Source of the DNA: the human T2T-CHM13v2.0 reference genome, Homo sapiens
Length of the DNA stretch: 64,000 bases
Strand: one strand, 5' to 3'
Assembly (NCBI RefSeq): GCF_009914755.1
Contig: NC_060930.1
Under the pieces are notes generated by a model that was given only the letters and a program-made list of their open reading frames with translations, did no database searches and was not told the DNA's origin. The position numbers and the translations under genes were made by a program. The stretch's first letter is position 1; each line of letters starts with the position of its first letter. Below, piece after piece: positions 1 through 11,903 of this stretch.

Positions 1-1177
1 AAAGGAGTGAGGGCACTTGGCCAGTTCCATCAGCAGACAAGCAAGCAGATGAGAGCACAAGGATGTGGCATGGTAAGACACAGGGACAGACAGATGGCAA
101 TGGAACAGAAAGGCCAGATGCAGAGCCAGTGCTATGCAGGAACATAATGTCTAAGGAAATCAGAGGTCCAGTGGATAAGCCGGACGTGGTAGCATGCACC
201 CATGGTCCCAGCTACTTGGAGAGGCAGGAGGATCATTTAGTAAATAGTCTTGCAGTATCTGGACAGCAACATGGTAACGGTGTAGGCTTTTCTACAGTTT
301 ATAGCATGTAGCAGAATAAATCTTCCCCCGGACTAAACATTTAAATAAAATAAAAAAAAAAACAATCCAAGAAAAGTCACCAGGAAATAGAATCAAACAC
401 ATTAAGGAATAAAGCAAAGCAATTGATTTAAAATCAACACACCCACCTATACAAAACTTAAAACCACATGCACAAACTAGCAAAGAGGGAAACGGCGTAA
501 AGGAGCTAGAAAGCAGAAAACTGCCTATTTGCCTGAAATCCACCCCCATTCAAGGGCCCTGACTTGTAGCACAGGGGACTACATTCCCAAGCCTGACTGG
601 TCGAGTTCAGCAACTGGTGGGGGACAGGGGGCAGAGACGGGGGCAGGGATGGGGCAGAGAGACAGGCAGCAAGGGGCAGGGAGCCAGCATCTCTCTCACC
701 CCTCACATGGTGGTGCACTCAGCATCCTCAGCATCTGCCCCGATTCCAGTGCTGCAACCTGAATGTCCTGGCTTCTGGGCTCTGCTCACTGCACCTCCTC
801 CCCAAGTCTCTCCTGCCAGTGCTCTGCATTATCCACTCTGAGTGCTTTACCATTTTCCTATGCTGAACTCCTGGGGCATGTCCACTCCCAACAGGCCACC
901 ATCTGCATTTTTTTCGAGGCTGCACACAAGCTACCAACCCCCTGAAGGGCCAGGAATTCATGTGCTTGGCCTTGGTTAGAGCTGCCCTTGCTCAGTTACT
1001 GCCCCTTATAGGGACAACTCCAAATGTGACCCAGGAGTCCCCAGAGCTCCTTAACAAGACTGAGCCAGAGTTATCCTGTGAGATACCCCTTGGTTATGAC
1101 ACGCTTGCTTGGCTTCCTTCCCTTCCTGGTCCCACTTCCTCAATGGCTTTGCCAGAAATCACTTCCTAAAACATTTT

Positions 1178-1503
1178 TCTTTTTGTCTTTTTTTTTTTTT
1201 TTTTTTTAGAGAGAAAGAGAGCAGGATCTTGCTCTGTTGCCCAGGCTGGAGTACAGTGGCTTGATCACAGCTCACTGAAGCCTTGATCTCCCAGGCTCAA
1301 GTGATCCTCCTGCCTCAGCCTCCCGAGTAGCTGGGACCATGGGTGCATGCCACCATGCCCTGCTAATTTTTTTATTATTTTTTTTGTAAAGACGGAGTCT
1401 TGCTATGTTGCCCAAGCTAATCTCAAATTCCTGGGCTCAAGTGATTCTCCCACCTCAGCCCGCCAAAGTGCTGGGATTATATGTGTGAGCCACCACACCT
1501 AGT
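1178..1503 (-). mobile_element. Alu (AluJ-like), TREM1 intron 3
   Basis: Dimeric Alu with T-tail; TSD CCTAAAACATTTT at ~1165-1177 and ~1504-1516. Confidence 0.95.
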
Positions 1504-1665
1504 CCTAAAACATTTTAACAAGACTTTACAGCTTGCTTCTGGGGAAACTACCTAGAGATAGGGTGATAGTGGCTACCTCTGCAGTGCCTCTCCATCCCCA
1601 GGATAGCGTCTCAGCTCTTCCATCACCTGGGCAAACAATTCCCTGCATTAAATTCCTTCGTTTCA

Positions 1666-1965
<300 letters not shown>

Positions 1966-2087
1966 GCTTCTTCTTTTCAAACAGCTAGTGTGGATTCCAC
2001 TTTCCAGACTGGACTTTGGCTGAAAGGATAGTTCATATTAGATGATAGATAAAGTTAACAGATAAAAGAGAGATGCAGTCTCTAGCA

Positions 2088-2731
2088 GCAAGGCAGGAGA
2101 ATAGGGTCTGGAGGCAGGAACGTAAGACCAATTCATGCTGAATCATGGAGCAACACCAAGGTCTAGGGGCAAGAAATCTAGGATGGATTCGTGCTGACTT
2201 CCCATAGCTGGATCAAAAGGAAAACTCCTGGGGCTGGGGTCAGGGAACCTAAGGCCAATTAACATAAACTTTCTAAAGCTAAAACAAAAGGAAAAACCCC
2301 ATCTCCCCATGCCCCAGCAGCAAAGAATCAAAGGCTACTCTCCCTACAGCCCTCCCCCTTCCACCACGTCTCAGCTGGAAAGGGAGAGTGTCTTAGATTG
2401 GCCCTGAGCCAAGCAGAGACGACCATCCCTTTACCCACAGAGGGCGCCAATTCACCTTAGCCTTTAGTTAGCCACAAACCAAATGCTTCATCCAGATAAG
2501 GGGTAACTGGGAGGAACTTCACGTGGAGTACTTAAAACCCAGAAAACTTTGTAACTTGGCCCTTGAGCCACTTGCGTGGGGCCACTTCTACCCTGGGGAG
2601 CGCTTTCTCGCTTAAATAAATTCCTGCTTTCACTGCTTCATTCCTTTGTTACTTTGTGCGTCTTCTCCAATACTTTGATTAAAAGGCCCAGAACCTGGAC
2701 AGCTTACACTTAAGGCCCTCCTTCCGGTAAA
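2088..2731 (+). mobile_element. Solo ERV1 LTR (MER4 group, MER66/LTR15-like)
   Basis: AGGCAGGAGAATAGGGTCTGGAGGCAG start, internal repeats, AATAAA at ~2615, ...TTCCGGTAA end. Confidence 0.75.
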
Positions 2732-4160
2732 AGTAAGAATATGGGCAAAGATTATGTTCTCTTAACTTATGTATTGCAAAATGAAAGTAGAGGAAAAAAA
2801 AAAATTGACTCTTAGTAGATCATTCGTTTGATTTATTCCACAGAAGTTTAATGAGCACTTTGTTCCCCAAACAACATAATGGGGAAAAAGGCACTGCCAC
2901 TACCCATATGGAGGTGGAGTCTACACTCATAGAGAAATTAGAGCAGGCACCAGTTCACATTTGTTTTAGCAGGAATGTGATTTAACTCACACTATTTAAT
3001 GATTTAAAAGACTAAATCCGTGTCTGTAAGCCTGCCATGACACTGCTTTATTTATGCTTAATGGATCACACTGCAAATTGTTTCCAATCTTTTGGAAGAC
3101 CATTGGTAGATGCTATTTGTATACAAAATGATATCAGTGTTTAAATTATCTCATGGAAATTTCGAGTTAATTATTTAAAAGAAGAAAAATATATCTGCAA
3201 GAATATGTTTATCTCAGAGTTATCAACACTATATCAATGTCTAAGAACAGGCCAATGGTTATGTAAGTTATGGCTTTCCCAATTGATAGAAAAATATGCA
3301 CTCACTGAAATTATATTTATGAAATTTAGGTAGCAGCATCAAAGAATAATTTCAGCAAGGAAAAGAATAAAAACATGTATAATTAGACTTACTGCCATAT
3401 TAAAATATGTATAAACATGAATAAAGACTAGAAGAGAATATGAGAAAAAAGACATGTTAGACTAGTGGTGATGTGGAAAAGTATTTCCATCCTGATAATT
3501 CAGTATTTAATGATAAACACATTCTAATATAAATCAACATTTAATAACTGTAAAGAGGTGTGAAATTGCTAAGTTAGTGGTTCTTAAGTTTGCCTACACA
3601 TTAGAAATCTCCTAAACATCTTATTAAAAATACTGAGAGGGACCTCATCTGCAAAAATTCTGATTCTATTTATCTATAATTGGGCACATGCAACAATGTT
3701 ATTTAAAAAACAATAAGGCAAAAACCAATACTGCATTTAGCCCCAGCTCCAGCTCCTGCTGAGAGTTATTAGGTGGACAATGTCTTCCAGCTTTGGGTTT
3801 CTACCATGCCTACTGAATTGTCAAAGAAGCTAAAGCCAGAGAGGGTTCCTGACTCACCCAAAGTCACATTCAGTTAGTCAGGCCAACACTAGATCCAGGG
3901 CCCCTCACTCAGAGTGCTTTCCCACTGCCCATCAGGCCCCTGGGGTTGGATGAGCTCCACTGGAACTTGGGGAAGATGCCATTTCCCTCTCTTTAATACT
4001 CAGGTTGCAAGGAAACAAAGAAGGTGAACTGGGGAGAAGGACAGCCTGGCTGAGAGCCTCCCCTATTCTCCATCACCACTTCCTTCTTCCCCTGGACATT
4101 TCTACCCAGACTAATGTGACTCAAGTCTTCTCCTGCCCCACCCTCCCCTTTCCCTCACTT

Positions 4161-4239
4161 TCACATCCTCTCAGCACACAGACTGGGAAACAAAGGGCTC
4201 AGTGTCCAAACCAGGGGCCCAGGGACCTGGAAACTATAC
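4161..4239 (-). CDS. TREM1: Alternative TREM1 C-terminus by read-through of the exon 3 donor (YSFQVPGPLVWTLSPLFPSLCAERM*)
   Basis: Frame stays open past the weak GTATAG donor to a stop at 4163-4161; ATTAAA at 3997-3992. Matches my recollection of an annotated TREM1 isoform lacking the TM exon. Confidence 0.7.
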
Positions 4240-4432
4240 CTGATGATATCTGTCACATTTGTAAGGTTGATTTCAGAGTCAGGAGTGGAGACATCGGCAG
4301 TTGACTTGGGTGGAGCTTGGGTCACAGTTCTGGGGCTGGTATAGAGTGGGCACAAGGCCTTAGTGGTGGTAGGAGGAATCTTATACACATTCTGGGTAGA
4401 ATTCTCATTGGAGCCAGGGGTCCCTGAAAAAC
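4240..4432 (-). CDS. TREM1: TREM1 exon 3, Ser/Thr/Pro-rich stalk (GFSGTPGSNENSTQ...NVTDIIR)
   Basis: TCTTGCAG acceptor ending at 4433, GTATAG donor from 4239; 193 nt; in frame with exon 2. The exon-4 TM sequence (VPVFNIVILL...) was not found in 1-4239, so it lies outside the window. Confidence 0.97.
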
Positions 4433-4448
4433 CTGCAAGAAGACACAT

Positions 4449-4550
4449 TGGATGGATGGATGGACAGATGGATGATGAATGGGTGGATGGGTGGGTGAAT
4501 GGATGTATGGATGTATGGATGAAAATGTGGATGAGTTGATGGACGGGTAG
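4449..4550. repeat. Degenerate (GGAT)n / (ATCC)n microsatellite abutting the TREM1 exon 3 acceptor
   Basis: GGATGGATGGATGGACAGATGGATG... directly visible. Confidence 0.9.
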
Positions 4551-5673
4551 GTGGTACGGTAAATGAAGCTGAGGAGGGAAATGAGCATGGCCCAAATGCA
4601 AAGTTTTCCTTTGCTAAAGCCAAAGAAATACTGTGGAGTCAACCTGAGTCAGAAATCGAAAAAAGGAAAGAAGAAAAAAAGGGCAGGAAGTGAGGGAGAG
4701 CAGAAAGAGAGAAGAAGAAAGGAATTTTTTGTCATTCGTACTGTTGGAAATGAACTTGCCTTCTGTTCTTCACCAATTCTTGTGCCCCAACCTTCTCCAA
4801 GAATAATTCCAGGCTTACTTGATTCACTCTGCCTTTCGTTCACCTGGCTTATGGCATATTGCTTTAAAAGTTATCTTTTATTAATATATTGTGTGTGCAC
4901 CTTGTCTTCCTCAGGCTTAGAATTCCCCAGGTGCTGGGAACTTGAGCCTGCTTCCCTTTCCTCTGTCTTCCATAATTCATTCCTTAATGCAACATCTCCT
5001 GAGGGCCTACTTTGTGTCAGAAACTACATTATTTGCTAGGGGTGCAGAGCCCAGGAAGGCACAGGTGCTTCCCTCAAGCAGTTCTGAAATGAATAGGGTA
5101 CAGATAAGTAAACCCCCCTCTCCTATCCAGTGAGTAGAGTTGTGTACAAGGGGACACAAAATGAGCTCTGGAGACTTGCTCCCCCAAAATGGGAGCCATG
5201 GACCATCAGCATTGGCATCACCTGGGAGATCAATAGAGATGCAGACCCCTGTACCCATTCAGTTGGAGTGTGCATTTGAAATAAGATCCCCAGGTGGTCT
5301 GTGCCCACAGAAAGATGTGAGAGGGGCTGCTTCAGAAGCACACAGGCATGCCACCAAACGCATCCTTGGGAGGGGGAGTCAGGACATGACTTCTAAGTGG
5401 AGAACAAAGAATGGGACTAAATTATCCCAAATCTACCACTCACCTTAATTGTACCCCAATTCCTACCACAGCACCCAAAATTAGGCTGTGCTATCCAAGG
5501 AGAATCTCATGCATGGAAGGTTCTACTTACTACTGGACCTTAGATGAGAGATAAAGAGGTCCTGGGAGGAAGACAGACTGCTGGGAATCCTGAACCCCAG
5601 CTCTGCTGATGCTACCACCACTGCCCCTTTCCTCACCTGGCCCTTCTTTCCCCCCAAGTCCCAGGCCACTCAC

Positions 5674-6030
5674 CCTTGGTCACCACCAAGCGGATGCGAT
5701 CGAACAGCATGTGAGGCTCCTTGGGAGGCTGGTAGATCACACACTGATACAGTCCAGAATCTTCCACTTGAAGGTTGACCATTCGGACGCGCAGTAAACC
5801 ATGATCATGGTAGTCTTCTAGTATGATCCTCCCCACTTGGACTGGATGGGAATTCTTTGAAGGCCTCTCTGTGCATGCCAGGGTCTTGGGCATCTCTCCG
5901 TCCCTTATTATCTGCCAAGCTTTCTGGCTGCTGGCAAACTTCTCTAGCGTGTAGTCACATTTCACATCCAGGGTCTGCCCCTCTTTCAGTTCATACTTTT
6001 CCTCAGTTAATTTAGTTGCAGCTCGGAGTT
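5674..6030 (-). CDS. TREM1: TREM1 exon 2, Ig V-type domain (ELRAATKLTEEKYELKEGQTLDVKC...DSGLYQC...IRLVVTK)
   Basis: AG acceptor at 6032-6031, GTGAGT donor from 5673; 357 nt; V-set C...W...DSGxYxC motifs. Residue 25 is Thr (ACT, 6007-6005), the site of the known T25S variant. Confidence 0.98.
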
Positions 6031-6711
6031 CTATAAGCAGGGAAAGAGAATGGGTTCTGTGAGGAATTATTTTTCTCTCTCTGAGTGGGGAAAAAGGAGA
6101 GGAGCCCCCTGTTTTTCTTGTCCAACCACCCATATTTCAGATGAGGTTCTTGAGGCCTCCAGAGAAAATACAACTTGCCCTGCAAGCCAGCACTAGACCT
6201 CAGATCTTTCCACTGTGAGTAGGTTTTTTACTATAAGAGTGAGACTGCATATGGTGCATGAGGATCAAATTTCATAAATGATCAGAAGAGGAAGACTGAC
6301 TTTGAGAGGAAGAAACTGCCTGCCTGGAGACAGAACATGGGATATTGTACTAAGACCACGAGTGGCTGCAGCATGGTGGGAGGGATCGATTACAAGGGCG
6401 TATGACATAAAAAGTGAACGCAAAGACACGGTGCTAGCAGAGAGTGGCTCCAAGGACACCTTGAGGAACTTCATCTAAGTCAGGGCAAGGAGATCAGCTC
6501 AAAAGACCTTTGGACAAACAGTGAGGAAGCCGTCTGGAGGGCATGATGGGCATGGATATCTGACTGCCTGGCACTCCTTTTTCCCTTCCTTGGGTAGCAG
6601 AGCACCCCTTTCCAAGGGAACGATCCTGTGTGGCTCTACTGTTGGGGCAGCCCACATTCTCAAGGATGGGCACAGGACACAGGATTTGCCAATCCAAGTA
6701 CCCCATCTCGG

Positions 6712-7029
<318 letters not shown>

Positions 7030-7411
7030 AAGTACCCCATCTCCCTGCCAGGCTGATTGGTTTAGGAAGGAGCACATGGCTGAGCTGGACCAATCAGAGT
7101 CCTCCCTGAGACTGCTGTAGCCATTAATGGAAATGCTTCTTGCTGGGATTCACAGGTCAATGAGATGTGAAACTTTATTATGTGAAACTTTCTACCACGT
7201 AGGAATAGGCTGCCCGAGAATGGCTAAACAGGCAGAAAGTGAGTGGGAGGAAGGAAGAGGGGGATAGTGGAGGGGAGAGAAAGAAAGAGAGAAAAAAACC
7301 CACGTTATCTGAGTCATGGACTCAGCTGTGCTCCAAAGGAGCACCCCTTGTACTTCCCAGTTACCTGAGCCAAGAAATGCCCCCTCCTATTTTTGATGTC
7401 ACGGAGTCACA

Positions 7412-7635
7412 GCAGTGGTTCTCCACTGGGGAGCAATTTTTGCTCCCCGCCACAACTCTCCCTGAAACACTGGACAATATCTAGACATTTTTGGTTGTTA
7501 TAACCAGGGAGAGGGGTGGATGCTACTAACATCTAATGGATACCAGGCTAAGCAATCTACAGTGCACAGGACAGCCCCCACAACAAAGAATCATCCCACC
7601 CCAAATGTCAATAGTGCCATGTTTGAGAACCCCTG
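7412..7635. mobile_element. MER20 (hAT-Charlie non-autonomous DNA transposon)
   Basis: CAGTGGTTCTC... and ...GAGAACCCCTG termini; GGACAGCCCCCACAACAAAGAAT core. Confidence 0.85.
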
Positions 7636-8569
7636 GGTTACAGTGACAATAGTTTCCATCACATTCTTGGAGTCCGAACTGGGTTAACCATCTAGAATTG
7701 GGGATGCTCATCTGGCCTTGTCCAAGGGAGCCTTGCTGATGGGAGGCCAAGCAGAGCGGAAGTGAGAAGACCAAGGTCCGTGTTTTCAGCTGGACACACA
7801 GGGCTCTCTAAGTTTGCTGAGAGACTGTAGCTTACCCACTCAGGCCTGGGGTACCTTCCCCCATGGAGCACCAAATAACAGGCTAGACAGTGCTGCTGGG
7901 TCTACTGTGTGGGTCACGGTAACACTAGTACTGCTGTTATTAATACCACACACTTAGGTCCTTGCAGGCCTGGTGAAAAATGACAAGTGCTTACCCTTTC
8001 ATGGAGCCCCCTGGCATGCCCACCCCAGGATAGGCCAACAGATCTGCCTGACCTTAGGAAGACTCAACTCAGGGACTCACAAGGAGTTTAAAGGTGAAAT
8101 CAGTCTTGAAAGCCAGTTCTTCTGGGAGCAGACTCCAGTTTCTAGGGAAACCTCGGAAACAGACCTCTTGGGCAACTCCCACACACTCCAGTCAGGAATG
8201 TGCCTCCAAGAGACTGTTGACCAGAGGCTGAGTGTTGTCTGAAACCAAGCCTGGTTCCCTCATTTGTTCACTCACTCATCAGACTGGCTGGGAGACTTCT
8301 CTATCATAGGCACTGTGCTGGGCTCTTTGGAAGACACACAGACTCCATCCTCAAGTTGCCACCACTGAAGCCCTAACCTCTGAAGTTAATGTTACAGATA
8401 AATCTCTTTTATTTGCCAGCTCCCCAGGGAAGGTGGGAGTTACAGGTGACTGAGTTTGCAAACTTGCCTGTCTCTCACAGAAGGAAGGAGACAATAAGAA
8501 ATGAAGGCTGCTGAGCTGTCTGTGCACAATTGCAAGAAGGGAATTCCTTTGAATATGTTAATTAAAAGG

Positions 8570-8790
8570 GTAGCAAATACTACCTATTAAGTATTATGTG
8601 CTAAGGGTTTTTAAAGACTATCTTATTTAATCTTTATAAAGTAAAAAGTTGACACCATTATTCTCCCCATTTTATAGATAAGGAAACTGAGGCACAGACA
8701 GATTAAGTGATTTGCCCAAAGTCTCACCATAGTTAAGTACTAGAGCCAGGATTCAAACCCAAGGACTCTGGTTCCACCTAAAGCACTGAG
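8570..8790 (-). mobile_element. MIR SINE
   Basis: CCCCATTTTATAGATAAGGAAACTGAGGCACAGA...CAGGATTCAAACCC core. Confidence 0.85.
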
Positions 8791-9889
8791 CTACATGGTC
8801 CAACACAGTCTGATAGGGATTAGAGAAGTCCTGGCCCAAGTGTGAATAAGTATCCAGTTGCAAGGAGCATTGAGGTTAACCCCTAACCTATCCCCACAGG
8901 GCACAATGAAATATATACCACTGGTTTTCTCTCACACAGGTACATAACCTTCAGCCCTCTGCCATCTCCCAGTTCTCCTTCAGAAAAACATGAATCAAAC
9001 ACAAGGAAATGCACTTGTCCATGAGGAGCTAACTCCCTTCTGCCCATCTAGATTATCACCCCAGCTCCAAGAAGACCCAGAGCAATGTCTGAGCACAGGC
9101 TCTTCAAGGCAGTTGTCCATGACTTTGCTCAAAGTAGAGAGCCCAGGAGGATACCTCTCCCTGATTTTTCATGCCTTCCCAAGGCAAGCCTCGCTTTTAA
9201 CTCATATTGACACTTTCCTCCTGTTATTCATAAGGATTAGGAGGAGGAGTGAATAAAGCCCGCATGCTTCTGGTTTGGGTGCAGATGTGAGCTGTGCGGA
9301 TCGTAAGAGGAGACACAAGAAAGAGCTGGGGCATGCGCCGGCTCTGCTGAGCCTCAGCAACTGTGCCCTCCAACCCCAGCGTGCCATGGAGAGCTGGGAT
9401 GATCACCTCCACCAAAATGAGCACCAGCCTCTTCTGGTCACGTCTGTGTCCTCAGCAGTAGTATATTTGCTGTCCCATAGTAGACCCCTGGGAAATATTT
9501 GTTAAATCAATTCTGTCTTTTGGGTTTAACAGATTGTCAACATCAAACACATCATGATGGAATATAAGAAAAAAATTTCAACATCAAATAAACTTATTGT
9601 AGATCATGCCATGATGAGATCTACTCTATCATTATTCCCATACTAGGCTTTGCATGTCTCTAACAACATCGACATGCACAGACATCTTTTTTCCCTGACT
9701 CTCTCCTTCTTTTACTTTTGTGTGCAGACACTGCATGTTCTCCCAATTCTGGGTAGAGCAGCACGGTCTGCCATAACTACTGGTTGGCTCTATCTTGGAT
9801 GGCCCTGTGCTCTGAAGCTTCAACAGAAAAGGGCTCCCCGAGATCCTGGACCAAACGCCTCCCCTGCTCAGTCCTCTTCCTTGTCTTAC

Positions 9890-9938
9890 CTGAGACAAAG
9901 AGCATCCACAGCAGCCCCCAGAGCCTGGTCTTCCTCAT
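9890..9938 (-). CDS. TREM1: TREM1 exon 1 coding part (signal peptide MRKTRLWGLLWMLFVS + first base of E17)
   Basis: ATG at 9938-9936; 49 nt then GTAAGA donor (9889 downward); peptide is the recognised TREM1 signal peptide; phase 1 matches exon 2. Confidence 0.98.
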
Positions 9939-10330
9939 CCTTCCTGTGCACCAGCTCCAACTGCTGCTGAGGGCTCCCGGGACAGCTACAAGGCACCACA
10001 ATGACCTAGAGGCTTCGGAAAGTTGCACAACAGGATATGAGGCCATTCCTGGGAGTCACTGAGTTTGGGTTCTGTTTCATCACCAGTTGCTCTGACTCCT
10101 GACATCAACACAATAATACAGAGACCAAGACTCACTTCTCAGTTAAGTTTCTTTGAACTCCAGTTTTCCTTTCTGTGGTAATAATGACAATTACCTTTCA
10201 ACCTTACAAAATCTAAGGGAGAATGATACTTGAATGTAAATCAAAGTAAGGCATTCATATTAGGAAGGGGAACAGAGGGCCCTTTTCTCTCCAGAGGCCC
10301 CCTCTCCATTCACATCCAGTTTAGTGTAGT
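9939..10330 (-). promoter_or_regulatory. TREM1: TREM1 5'UTR / proximal promoter
   Basis: Directly upstream of the ATG; C/EBP-like GTTGCACAAC (10022-10031), CRE/AP-1-like TGACATCA (10100-10107), purine-rich GGAA boxes (~10262-10275). Exact TSS not determinable from sequence. Confidence 0.65.
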
Positions 10331-11903
10331 GAAGAGAGTCAGGCCCACATAGGGAGAGGCTGCGACAATCGTATCTCATCTTCAGGGTTTTTGTGAGAAC
10401 ATGTTGCTTCATCCTGCCCTGCTCAGCCCCGTGGGTTCTCTTGGCTTCTGGTGACCTGGGGTGCACCTCCTCTTCATCACCAGGAGGGCCACACCCTGCA
10501 TTTGTCCTTCAGCATTGCCACAGACATGGCCTGGGAGCTCACGGGGGTGTAGGGACCCCAGAAACAATTTGAGAGGACACTGCCACCACCCAACAAGAAC
10601 AGACTTAGATTTAAAAAGGAAACTTGGTTCAAGACGCTGAAGCAAGAAGAAAAAATCCAGCAGGTTTTGTACTAGAAGCAAGAAAAGACAGATTTGACAG
10701 TGTGAAAATCAAATCAATAATGGAGAGGATTCACTTCAGAAATATTCCCAAATGTGAAATGAATAAAGACATTTAGAAGAGCTCAGAAATTTAAGGGAGG
10801 ACAAATCACAGAATTCCAATCTACAAATCAGAGATGTCCTTAAAGCATAAAATGGAATGGTGGATCACAAGCAAGATTAAAAATTTTATCTTAAAAAATA
10901 TGCTTTCCAGGTCTGAGAAGAAATCTAAAATTGGAGGTTGAGAGTTCAACATGGGCAAGGAAAAAATTCACAAAGTGAGACCTAGAATAGGAAGTTTCCA
11001 GGTGAAAATTTTTAAATTTAAATAAAAAGATTCCTACTGCTAAATAAACAAAAAAGTAACTTGGTTTCTTCAAAGGAATTGAAATAATCAGGACTCAGAT
11101 TTCTTCTCTGAGTAACAAATACCATGAGAGAGTGGGATGAGGTATAAAGAACATTATGACCCTAATATTTTACACCCAAATTGATTGCTACTCAAGTATA
11201 GGAACAGCTAAAAGGTACTATCATGTCTGTAAATTAAAACAAACAACAACCAAAAAAATTTTCAAGGCTAACTTTAATTTTTTTTATTAAAGCTGTTCAA
11301 TGCAGCAATTTATAAAATATAGAAAATAATACATAAACTTAAATCATGTTATTACACTTTATAGAGATCATTTGTAGTGGAGATTTTACTATGTTTATTT
11401 TTTGTTCTACAAATAATGTCGGAAAACAGGCTTCAAACATGCTTGAACTGAAATCTGCTGGCCCCTCCTTTTGCTGTACTCAAGCAGTCCCTAAAGAGGA
11501 AAAATAGACAGAAAGCTCTTGACATTTTCTGACTCAGAGAGGAGCCTACGTGACTTCTGTGGCGATGAGTCAAATTAATAAAGTTTATTTCAGTGAATAA
11601 ATCCCCTCCTTACAACAAAATTAATATTCCACACTTAAATAATAGCTATTTCACATACTTTCTACATTTTTGTGTCTTCATATACTTTGTGTGGAGGATT
11701 AAGCTCCTGGAAGATTAAGAGGGAGCTTTGAACTAAACAGTCCAAGAAGAATTTTTAATTAGACTTGAATATCACTGGAGGCTGATTGCTCCTTCACATT
11801 TTCCTAACTACGGACAGCACCTGCATTTAAATTAGAATGAAGTAGAATGAGGTCTTTCTCCACTTGTCTGATCTATTTGTGTACTTGAGGTCAACAGTGC
11901 AAA

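Noticed and set aside
2434-2447. CTCF-like CCCACAGAGGGCGC in the intronic LTR
   Set aside because: Two mismatches in the 5' core; cannot be supported without ChIP data.
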